Of a DNA stretch of 64,000 nucleotides, positions 38,111-48,410 are shown in pieces (within the stretch, counting starts at the first letter, position 1; each line of letters begins with the position of its first letter). A program made the translations under genes and the position numbers. The DNA comes from Blepharisma stoltei ATCC 30299 (lineage: Eukaryota; Protista; Ciliophora). The stretch covers positions 248,001-312,000 of the forward strand of contig CBFDEM010000046.1 of the NCBI GenBank assembly GCA_965603825.1, read 5' to 3'. The notes under the pieces were generated by a model. That model saw nothing but the letters and a program-made list of their open reading frames with translations, searched no databases and was not told where the DNA came from.

Positions 38111-40159
38111 TTAAATAAAGTTACGCCATATAAAGGATACTCCAATGGTCAAAATAATCAAAAGTATTAGCATTCCTTCCATTCTATTCAGCGAATTAGA
38201 CGACTCTAGCTTTGTATTCAAAATAGCGATTTGGTCGTCTAAAGCTTTGATTCTAGCGTCACCTTCTTCAAGCTTCTTCCCAATTTCTTCTTTTTCTTCA
38301 ATAATGCTTTTTCTTTTTTCTTCATGCTTTTTTGTGCTCTTCGATATTGATTTTTTCAATGAATTTACCTCTTTAATTAAAGACTCGGAAGCATCTTTGG
38401 ACTTCTTGAGCTCACTTTCAACCTTCAATGTTTTTTCATGAGACAGTTCAATTTCTTCTAGTTTTTTAGCAAGGTCAGCGTTTAAGACTGTTATAATCTT
38501 AGCAAGCTCTTCGTTTTTCTTTTCAAGTCTTTCTAGCTTAGCAGCTGAATTTTCATGAAGTTTGCTTGATTCTTCAATTTGGGATTTTTGGGCTTCATAT
38601 TCTTCTTTAAGCTTTTTATATGACTCGAAGCCTTTTTTCAGCTTATTTTCAAGCTTGGCTGACTTTTCTTTTTCAGCTTCCCAGACTTTTTTGTTTTTCA
38701 AACTTTTTTCTTTGGCATCATTTGCGTCTTTTTCACGCAACTCTGTAATTTTTGCATTTTCTGCTTTAAGTTGATTGATTTCTTCACGCAAATTAGTAAT
38801 TTCTTGAGGGTCCACTTGTCGTTGTAGAGCATCGGCTAATAACTTATCATATTTTTTGCATTCAGCTTGCAAAGCAAAAACCTTTTCTTTCTCTAGCTCA
38901 TTTAGGCTGTTTAAATCAATCAATTTTTCTTCAAGCCCATCTATTTTTTCTTTAAATTCTTCATATTTTTCTTTATAATTGATATTTCCTTCATGTTGGC
39001 TTGATAAATCTTTATGAGCATGATGGAGTTCTTCTAACTGTTTATTAAGGACTTCATTAAGACTTTTGGAGCTTATAAGTTCTTTATCTAAGCTTGATAT
39101 TTTTTCATTCAAAGTTTCAATAAAAGAACTATGCTCACCTTTAAGGTCTTCTATTTGAGAGCCATGACTTGAAGATAAGCTGCTTGCTTGTTCTTTCAGG
39201 CTTTGATTTTCATCCATTAGCTTCTTTACGAGCTCTTGTTGAGAGCCATGATTCGAAGATAAGTTTTCTACTTGCTCTTTGAGGCTTTGGTTTTCATTCT
39301 CTAATTTCTTTGCGTTTTCTTTTTCTTTCGCGATTATTTCTGTATAATCATCAACAATATTCTGATAAGAGCCTTGCATTGACTCCATTTCTCCTTTATG
39401 TGAAGCTATTGTTTCATTTAAGGATTGTAATTTTTCAGAAATTTCATGAATTTCTTCGTCTTTTGCTAATAATTTTCCATTTAGTTCAGAAATTTCACGC
39501 TGAAAAGCTTCTTTTTCAGCCTTAAATCTATCCTCAATCCCTGAAACATTTTCTAATTGATCATTTTTCTCACGAATTGCTAACTGGTGATTTTCTAGCT
39601 CCAAAAGTATTTTTGAATGTTTTTCTTGTAGCTTTTTATGCTCATTGCCTTCTTTTAACAGTTTTTCAGCATCAATTTCAATGTGTTTTTGAAGATCTAA
39701 AATTTGATTCTCAAGACTTCCGATTTTCTCAGTTAATTGTTCATTTTGCTCTTTATATGTGGAGAGCTCTGACTTTATTATATTTATATCACTGTGCTCT
39801 TTACTGATCTCTTCAATTTTCTTATTTAATGACTCATTAGCCGTTTTTAGATTGTTGAGCTCCTTCTCCGATTCATTAATTTTTTCATTCAATAACTCTA
39901 CCTCTGACTTGTGGCTGCCCTTTAGTTGTTCGATCGACAATCCATGATTCTCCTCCAAATTCTTTAACTGCGCTTTCAGGCTTTCATTTTCCTCTGCAAG
40001 ATTTTTTATAGGATCTTGGTCTTGCTCAAGAACTTTGGATTCTTCTTCTCCTTCATGATCAGATTTAGAATGATCTGATAAGTGCGAATCAGAAATGTGA
40101 TCAATGTCTCCAGATGGCCTCTGAACATCCACTTTGCCTGAAGTCGAATTTTCGTCCAT
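38111..40159 (-). CDS. Long coiled-coil protein with a C-terminal transmembrane anchor (golgin-like)
   Basis: 682-aa heptad-rich ORF ending MLILLIILTIGVSFIWRNFI. Confidence 0.8.
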   Translation of the reverse strand: MDENSTSGKVDVQRPSGDIDHISDSHLSDHSKSDHEGEEESKVLEQDQDPIKNLAEENESLKAQLKNLEENHGLSIEQLKGSHKSEVELLNEKINESEKELNNLKTANESLNKKIEEISKEHSDINIIKSELSTYKEQNEQLTEKIGSLENQILDLQKHIEIDAEKLLKEGNEHKKLQEKHSKILLELENHQLAIREKNDQLENVSGIEDRFKAEKEAFQREISELNGKLLAKDEEIHEISEKLQSLNETIASHKGEMESMQGSYQNIVDDYTEIIAKEKENAKKLENENQSLKEQVENLSSNHGSQQELVKKLMDENQSLKEQASSLSSSHGSQIEDLKGEHSSFIETLNEKISSLDKELISSKSLNEVLNKQLEELHHAHKDLSSQHEGNINYKEKYEEFKEKIDGLEEKLIDLNSLNELEKEKVFALQAECKKYDKLLADALQRQVDPQEITNLREEINQLKAENAKITELREKDANDAKEKSLKNKKVWEAEKEKSAKLENKLKKGFESYKKLKEEYEAQKSQIEESSKLHENSAAKLERLEKKNEELAKIITVLNADLAKKLEEIELSHEKTLKVESELKKSKDASESLIKEVNSLKKSISKSTKKHEEKRKSIIEEKEEIGKKLEEGDARIKALDDQIAILNTKLESSNSLNRMEGMLILLIILTIGVSFIWRNFI

Positions 40160-40455
40160 ATTGAATTATAAAGCGGATCTAGAAAAATTATTTTCATGAT
40201 TCGGATTAAGCGTGAGCAACAAGAGTCTTTTAATTGGGGCATTTTAATAATAAAAATAGTCAATTTTCGATGGACGAGCTATTTTTAAAAGCTATGAGAA
40301 ATTAAGAACCATTTTCTATTAAATAAAATATCTATTTTATATTTCATCAAAAATTTTGTGTTTATTTTTATTTTTCCTGTGTTGATATTTTTCCCTCTAA
40401 TATGGAAATTAATAAAAATTATTTTATCACACAATTAACCGATTAATTAATATAA

Positions 40456-40839
40456 TTACAACAAACACACAAAACTGGAATTTTCAGAGCTTCCACAAGT
40501 ACTCAATGAAGAGTTCAATTCCTGGAATTTTTCATCATGAACTATAGGATTTATTTTTAGACTTGGAGGGCGCTCAATTTGATGCTTTTGGACAAAACCT
40601 GGAGACGGCGTTTTTTTCCCAAGTGGAGGCAAAGATATAGATGGTTTACTGAGGATTGTATTGAGTTCTTTTAACAAAGAGTCTTCTTCTTGATTATCAT
40701 GAGCATACGTTTTTAATGGGGGAAGTCGAGCTTCATAGAATGGGTTACGCTTAGTATAGGATCCTACACTAGCGTCTATGTGAGTAGGTTTGGGGAAGAG
40801 AATAGTCTGTAGTGGCTTTTTTTTACGTGAATCGCCCAT
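40456..40839 (-). CDS. Hypothetical protein
   Basis: 127-aa ATG-TAA ORF with higher GC than its flanks. Confidence 0.6.
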   Translation of the reverse strand: MGDSRKKKPLQTILFPKPTHIDASVGSYTKRNPFYEARLPPLKTYAHDNQEEDSLLKELNTILSKPSISLPPLGKKTPSPGFVQKHQIERPPSLKINPIVHDEKFQELNSSLSTCGSSENSSFVCLL

Positions 40840-40955
40840 TAAAGTTTATGATGTTGATTTTTATGATGGTAATGGGACATTAAATAGATCATCATAAAAT
40901 CTAATAGATCTTTAAAGAATTATTATATTAATGTAGAACTTCTGTTAGGAGTCTT

Positions 40956-41516
40956 CTAATTTATGTTGGAAATTTGCTTTGACGATTTTAAATTTACTTC
41001 TTTTCGGTAGGATCTTGACGGAGATATGCTTGCAGGCACAATTTTAATATTCATAAAGGTGGGTTGGATTATTTTGTTAGGTATTGGTGATAATTCTTTT
41101 CTAGGTGTCCTAATTAGTTTCTCCTCTACACTTCTATTTAATTTTTCCCTATATTTTCTAAGATAGGGTAACGGATCTATTTTTGGGCAACTTGGACGTC
41201 TTTTTCTTATAAATTTTGAACTTTGCTCATGAAGAAGCTTTTTCAGTTTAATTTGAAGTAGTAAACTTTCTTCTGCTTTTTGAAGCATTTTTTCTTTGGA
41301 TTTTCTATAGGAAACTGCTTCTTTATGCTTTCAAGCATCCTCTACTTGCGATATTAAATCGTTGACTCGTTTTGTATTTAAAGCAAGCGACAATGCAGGG
41401 TTTGATTTATTTCTTTGGCTAACTTCATGCATTTTCTTCTTTTCACATCTGACATCCTCAGCCTTTATAAACTTTTCGAATACGATTTTATCTTTAGATT
41501 GAATCCACGATTTCAT
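40956..41516 (-). CDS. Hypothetical basic protein
   Basis: ORFs 41331-41516 and 40956-41288 join in frame via TGA=Trp; ends TAG. Confidence 0.65.
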
Positions 41517-41812
41517 AATTTTTTCATAAATTTAGGAAATAAAAATCCTCCCTTGATTATTAACAAAAACTCAGAAACCTCTTTTTTAGGAAATTAATCT
41601 CAAAGGCTAGCGAGCAAAACAATTTTCACTATAAATATTGAATAATTTGATATATAATTAATTATTAAATTTCAAATAAAATTAATAAGCCGACCTTGCT
41701 TAGCGTGAAAGATTTATTTCCTGGCCAACAAAAGGAAAGTCATGATCTCTCAGACTAATTAACAGAATTATATCATAGGGGTTTCAATAATAAATATATT
41801 TTATATATATGG

Positions 41813-42448
<636 letters not shown>

Positions 42449-42469
42449 ACTAACTGTATTATAATAAAA

Positions 42470-43531
42470 ATGGACATTTTCTTTTACACAGGCAGAGGTC
42501 TCCCTCCTTTCATATCAAACTCATCATTTAAAGCTCTTCAGCTGGCTCTCCCTCATTTTTATAGCAACCAAGAAATTTTTGATAAAATTTCTCTGCCTGA
42601 GTATGTAGGAATTCAAGATTCTTTATCATATTTAACAATTCGCGATATCATGAACCCTAGATGCCATGTATTAGGAGGAGCAAAGCCAGATTCCATTACA
42701 GTCGGAATTCCAAATAACCAAAAAATTACTATTGAAGAATACATGTCATTTGTAAATAAAAGCAAAGTTGATATAGCTCCCAGCTTATCAGAAGAAGCAA
42801 GCTTATCTTGTGGAAATCATCGCTCAAAACGATCAGCCAAAAATGCAATAGTAATGCTTGATTCTTGTTTGGAATTAAAAAGTCCTGCATTAAAACTCCT
42901 TGGGAATATCCAGGGTGGGAAGGATATGGAGTCTAGAGAATTTTGTGCAAAAGAAATGAAAAAGAGATGTGTTGATGGTTTTGTAATAGGAGGAATTGAT
43001 TTAGAGGAAAGTGGAGCTCAGCTAAGGCGAGTTGTAGGCGCAGTCTATAATGGATTAAGCGGAGATTCTAGGATGATAGTCTTATCTGGCCCTGGTAGAC
43101 CTTTAGACATTGTATACGCTGCTCAGCACGGTATCACATTTTTTGAAAGCTGCTGGCCTTTTATATTAGCTGAAAAAGGAAAAGCCTTAGACTTACCACT
43201 AGTGAACTTTGAAGACGCTGAAAATATTGAAGACATGGATTTCTATGAGCCTGAACTAGACCTAAATGACGAAAAATTCGCAATGCAAAAAGGAGCTTTA
43301 GTGGAAAACTGCGAATGCTTAACTTGCAAACAGCATCACAGAGGATATATTTACCATCTATTAAGGGTAAAAGAGATGGGAGGAAACACACTGCTAGCAA
43401 TACACAATTCATTTGTAATGAAAAAATTAGTGGAAAAGCTAGCTAAAGCTAAAGAGGAAGGGAAATTAGGAAGTGTTTATGCAGATTTTGTTAATAAATA
43501 CTGCATGGGGAGTTTCAGTACAATAAATTAA
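42470..43531 (+). CDS. QTRT2: Queuine tRNA-ribosyltransferase accessory subunit
   Basis: YTGRGLPP, GNIQGG, GFVIGG, FESCWPF, Zn site CECLTC..HHRGYIYHLL..EM..LLAIHN; no DSGG catalytic motif. Confidence 0.82.
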   Translation: MDIFFYTGRGLPPFISNSSFKALQLALPHFYSNQEIFDKISLPEYVGIQDSLSYLTIRDIMNPRCHVLGGAKPDSITVGIPNNQKITIEEYMSFVNKSKVDIAPSLSEEASLSCGNHRSKRSAKNAIVMLDSCLELKSPALKLLGNIQGGKDMESREFCAKEMKKRCVDGFVIGGIDLEESGAQLRRVVGAVYNGLSGDSRMIVLSGPGRPLDIVYAAQHGITFFESCWPFILAEKGKALDLPLVNFEDAENIEDMDFYEPELDLNDEKFAMQKGALVENCECLTCKQHHRGYIYHLLRVKEMGGNTLLAIHNSFVMKKLVEKLAKAKEEGKLGSVYADFVNKYCMGSFSTIN

Positions 43532-43578
43532 CGATTTTAAGGCAAAAGTAATGTTTAAGAATTAATATTACATTTATT

Positions 43579-44175
43579 TTATTTTGAATTCCACCGGAGC
43601 ATGTCTATTATATATTTATAAAGACGCTTCCCCATATTTAGCTCAGGAGTTTCACTAGGATCTGTATATAACTCATCTTTATGCTCATATGCCCATTCTA
43701 ATATTTCATGGAACCCTTTGTCAGTTTTAGATTCCGACCCAGGAAAAGTTAAGAGTTCTACGACAGTTTCAGATTTTTTATTATCGCTATGTGCTAAACT
43801 TATAATTTTTTCATCTCCTAATAACACTCAAAACCCATTTTCTGAGTAATCAATAATAAGGCTATATATATAATACCTGATATTTTCCAGTCTTTCTTCA
43901 TTAATAAGTTTTTCTCCTGTGATCAGGATAAAAGAGTGCCTAGATGAAGAATCATTAAGATACCGTTGACACCTAATATCAGCTGGAATATAATTAAAAA
44001 TTAAATCTCTTGTATCTTCAATCATTTCTATGTCTTTTATTTTTTTCGAATAATCTTCGAGTCGAAAATTAGAGACTTCAAAAACATAATAAGAAGGTTC
44101 TGCTAGCCTGTATAGCAAAGATTCAGTGTTTTTAATGAGTTCCTTTTTATGTTTATATCCATAGCATGCGCCCAT
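43579..44175 (-). CDS. Hypothetical protein with probable N-acylation (MGAC...)
   Basis: Two abutting ORFs joined by TGA 43828-43830; ends TAA. Confidence 0.7.
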
Positions 44176-44374
44176 GGCTGTTATTTTTATATTTATTATT
44201 GAGAAAATGTTTCATATTATGATAAAAGATTATTTCGGTATACTAAAATTACGGTTACATATATTTCATTTCAAATAAAATTAAGCCGCTCAATATAATA
44301 GCACAATATAATGAGATAGAACTATATGAAATCTTATAATCAGAGACTGCAATTTTATTTAAATAAAGAAAAAT

Positions 44375-45142
44375 TTATATTTTATTCCTTTGTTTATTTA
44401 TTTTTTCATGTTTCTGCTCCTTTGCATTTGCTAATCTTCTTGTGTAGGGTGTCGAATATGTTTTTCTAGGAGGATGTAAAGCATATGTATCTCTCATATA
44501 ACCTCTTAGCCCAGCAGGAGTTAGCAGAGATCCATTCATAAAAGTGCTTATAAACCTAACGAAATGTTCTTCTGTTATAGTTGATATAGAAAATTCACAC
44601 ATGCGTGAAGAAATTTGAGAAATACATAGAGATTTTACATGGAGTAAATCTGTGATATATTTCAAATTTTTCAACTCATTTGAATTAGGGTAAATAGTGT
44701 TACAATATAAGCTTCCCAAAGTAACTAAACTATGTTTAAACATTTTTTCTAGAACTTCTGATTCCAGCCTCTCTTTAGGTATGCTGTTTTCCATTTTTTC
44801 ATCAAATGCTTGATAAATTAATGTAGCATTTTCTTCATTAGTTCCTTTTCCTAATAAAATTCCAATGACTAATAAGTCTTGTAAATAACAATCACCCTCT
44901 TCATTGCGAATTTTGCTAAGCATATCATTAATGTTTTTATAAATACCATAATTTGTTGTGTTTATTTTTAGCAAAGCCGAGCAGTTATTGAGCTGAGCCT
45001 CAGTTAAAACTCCATTAGTCGAAAATTTCCTTAAAACTGCATCTATTTTAGCAGATTTTTGTATATGAAAGCCTAAGCATTTTTCTGATTGTACTATTCC
45101 ATTTTCTTCAGCTGATTCTGGGCGAGTTTGGACACACCCCAT
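44375..45142 (-). CDS. Probable N-myristoylated/palmitoylated protein with degenerate EF-hand-like motifs
   Basis: MGCVQT start; LIYQAFDEKMENSIPKERL resembles a degenerate EF hand. Confidence 0.65.
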   Translation of the reverse strand: MGCVQTRPESAEENGIVQSEKCLGFHIQKSAKIDAVLRKFSTNGVLTEAQLNNCSALLKINTTNYGIYKNINDMLSKIRNEEGDCYLQDLLVIGILLGKGTNEENATLIYQAFDEKMENSIPKERLESEVLEKMFKHSLVTLGSLYCNTIYPNSNELKNLKYITDLLHVKSLCISQISSRMCEFSISTITEEHFVRFISTFMNGSLLTPAGLRGYMRDTYALHPPRKTYSTPYTRRLANAKEQKHEKINKQRNKI

Positions 45143-45244
45143 TATTTTCGTTTAAAAATTATTAACAGAATTTATTTTCAAATTTTAATCTTTCAATCTG
45201 TTTCATTATTAAAGAATACGCTTTTCATATTTTATATATGATTT

Positions 45245-46268
45245 ATGTTCAAAATTAATAAAAGATGCAACTCAATAAGCTTAGCTTCCTCATCAGTTTC
45301 AAGTGACCCAAAAAAATCTATCGCTCCTAGGATGCGTGCTCAGGTTTCTTCATTTCAGAGAAACTATATAATACATTCTCGATCATATTCTCAGCTTTCA
45401 AATTCTCAAAAGCAGATGACTATGATTTCTACCATGAATTCTGAGGAGAGCCCATTACGGCAGACTCAGACTTTTTCTAATGATAATTCTCAGCCGTTTC
45501 ATGCGAAATTTCGATTATCATTTGACTTATCACAAAACCAGAGAATACATGATCTTTTAGGGAAAACTATAACACAAGAGCTACAAACATTGCCTAGCGC
45601 AGCTCATATAAAAAACCGAACTAAAAAAATCGAGGATTTAATGGTCGATTGCAAAGACCGCATAGATAAAGCTTTAGAGCATGCCTCTCGTGATAAAAAC
45701 GACTATAATGAAGTTATTTTTAAAAATACCTACGAGCATCCTTTATCAAACAAATTTTTTAGTTTTATTAAATCAGGGGACATTAAAACTGTTAGAGATA
45801 TGATTATTGAAAATCCTGAATTGCTTAGAACAGTTGACTCTGTATGCATTATTTTAGACTCAGCAAACAGCTTTGCATTGGGCCTGCAGAAGAAATAATT
45901 TAGAAATGGCACAGTTTTTAGTTTCATGCAGAGCAAATATGAAAGCTGTAGATATAGCTGGGAGAACTCCAGAAGACATAGCGAAAAGACTAAACCATAA
46001 AGAAATTTATCTGTTTTTAAAGTCAGCAGCTGTAAAAACAAGGAGAAGGAGTGTTCGAATTATGCCGGGGGCTGCAGCATATTTTGCTAATAGAGGTTGC
46101 GGGATTGACATTTTGAGAATTAAAAAAAGTGATGCTGGAGTTGAAGGAAAGTTTACAAAATTACATAGAGCGCTGAAAAAACAGACAAAAACCATTACAG
46201 ACGCATGGTCTAAAAGTTTGAAGTTGAATCGGCTAATTGAAAGGCTCATACCTGAGATTCCTGAATAA
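45245..46268 (+). CDS. Ankyrin-repeat protein (16-nt intron 45842-45857)
   Basis: Splicing gives VDS|TQQTALHWACRRNNLEMAQFLV..DIAGRTPEDIA. Confidence 0.85.
45842..45857 (+). other. 16-nt intron
   Basis: gtatgcattattttag; accounts for the +1 frame change and restores the ankyrin TALHWA motif. Confidence 0.88.
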
Positions 46269-46358
46269 TTAAATGTATTATGCTGGAAATTTTATAAATA
46301 TTAATATGTTTAACACTGCATATATTATTAGTCCTCTGGCTAGTTATTTTCATTAATA

Positions 46359-48333
46359 TTACTGGTTAAATTTAGCATTTATAAGTTCTTTTAATTTTTG
46401 GCATTTTGATGATGGAACTCCTAGAGACTTGAAAAGCTGCAAAAGTTGAGGAGGGAACCTCAGCAATAAAGAAAAAGAGAGATTTTTGGCTTGGTAAAGC
46501 CCAGATAAAAGCTGAGCACTATAGATATTAAACTCTTCACATTCTATTATCAATGACGATATATCATTCATATCATCAATCAAATATTCCTGAGTTTGCA
46601 GTCAATGGTCTTTGGAATTAATTAATTTTATATATTGCTCTATAAACATCTCAATAATTTCTTCTGTCTCTCCAAACGATTCAGCAATTTCAATATGAAG
46701 CGTGCACCCAAGTTTCTCACACAAGCTACAAAAAGCAATCATCCTGCACAGCCCAAGCATTTCTTGCTTTCGCTCACCATAAAAAAATAATAAAATCGTA
46801 TCGAATCTATTGATAATTTCACTTAAATTTCTGCATAGTTCTGAAGTTAGAGCATCTGAATATAATATATCAATACCACAAATTTTTATTCCTGTTTGCC
46901 AAGTAACTATGAGATCCATACAATGCATAAATTTACTATCTGTTTCTAATGACACGAAGTAAAAATTTTCTGGTGCTTTCATTTTGAGGATTAAGGATAA
47001 TGATAAATCAGATGATGAATTTGTAAATATCTTGAAAGGCAAAAGATGAATTTGGGTCATGGGGTTTGATTGGGAATATTCGAAGTTTAGAAACTGGCTA
47101 GAAAAGCGGACTTGTTTGCTTTGAGGCTGAGATTCGTAAAATGATGGGATTTGAGGATCTTGGGGAGTTTCTTTTTCACCAAATAGAAGTGTCTCAGGGA
47201 TGACAGGGTCAGAAGTAAATGCATGAAATTGGGAATGAATAGTAAAAGGCTTGTTTTGATCGGGAGAAGGCTCTGGTAGATGTGAAGGAATTTTAATAGG
47301 GGTATTTAAATAGTTAGAGTGGCTTAATTTCTCGATGTTATTTTGCTTTTCTTGGGTAAGTAAATGATTTATGGCCTCATAATCAACTTTAACTGTCTCC
47401 AAAGTATAATCTTTAGGAATTTCTGATTTCTTAGGAAGCTCTCTAGTTTTATTAACAAATTTATTCTCTTCTGCAGTTGTTTTTATTTTCTCTACAGGCT
47501 TACTGTCAAAATTATTTATAAATTTTGGAAGTTCATGGGCCTTTGCTTCAAAAATTGGCATTTTATGTGTTTTTTTCTTCAATCTAATATCATCGATCTC
47601 AATTATAAAAGGCTTCGGAGCTAAGAGCATACCTATATCTCAAACATTTTGCAAGCGCTTTTCACTATTTTCAACCTCAAAGCAGCTAGAATCCCATTCA
47701 ACTTTATTAAATTTCTTATTGAGTATGTCATACTTTTGGCAATTCTCAATTATTGGCATTTCGACCTGCTCGATATCAATTCCTTTTATATCAAATAAGC
47801 TTGAATCATCAATTAAGTTTGTTGAGAGCAATTTAAAATCAAATTCTCTTTGTGAGAAATTGTGCTCGTCTGTTTTTTCTATAAAATCCCAGTTAATTTC
47901 TTCAAAAATCCTAGTATCTAGTTGATATTCTTGGGTAAAATTACTTAGCTCTGGTGGCACAAGAATGTCATCCCACTCATTATGATTTATAGTGAAAATA
48001 TCTTTCAAAGGTTGCGATTTACATAAGATCTTTATGATATAGATTGCTTTTTCTCTTAAATTGTTTGAGCTCTCTTTTGGTTCACTCTTAAAGACATTTT
48101 TTAATATGTCTGCTATAGACTGCGGGAAATATGAGTCATACTTAAAAGATATGGTTACTAACTCTGGAAATTTTATCTTCAACGAACCAAAAGCCAAAAA
48201 TTCTGGCACACGACGTTTCAGATCTTCACTAAATATTTTCTTACAATTTTGATATTAAATGATCTCTATCTTTCTGATTTAAAATACAAAATTTATATTC
48301 ATTTCCACTGTATCTCAGTCTTCTTATTTTCAT
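46359..48333 (-). CDS. ~650-aa protein with C-terminal inactive XPF/ERCC4-like + HhH region; candidate SHOC1/Zip2
   Basis: Three ORFs joined by two TGA plus a 5' exon via a 16-nt intron; C-terminal DLIVTWQTGI..L.RNLSEI..RFDTILLFF..AESFGETEEII..H(W)L..FNIYSAQLL..GVPSSKCQKL. Gene model is solid, family call tentative. Confidence 0.5.
48229..48244 (-). other. 16-nt intron
   Basis: gtaagaaaatatttag on minus strand; connects ATG 48333 in frame to the 48209 ORF and removes a TAA. Confidence 0.8.
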
Positions 48334-48410
48334 TTTATATTTTAATATAAAGTTTTTGGCTTGATTAAAAAACTTGAGCCATTTCAAAAATATTTTATTA
48401 TCAATTCAAG

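Noticed and set aside
41739-41760. Upstream ATG 41742 or intron gtcatgatctctcag for the RING gene
   Set aside because: That ATG meets TAA after six codons; the 15-mer lacks GTA and the position-10 A.
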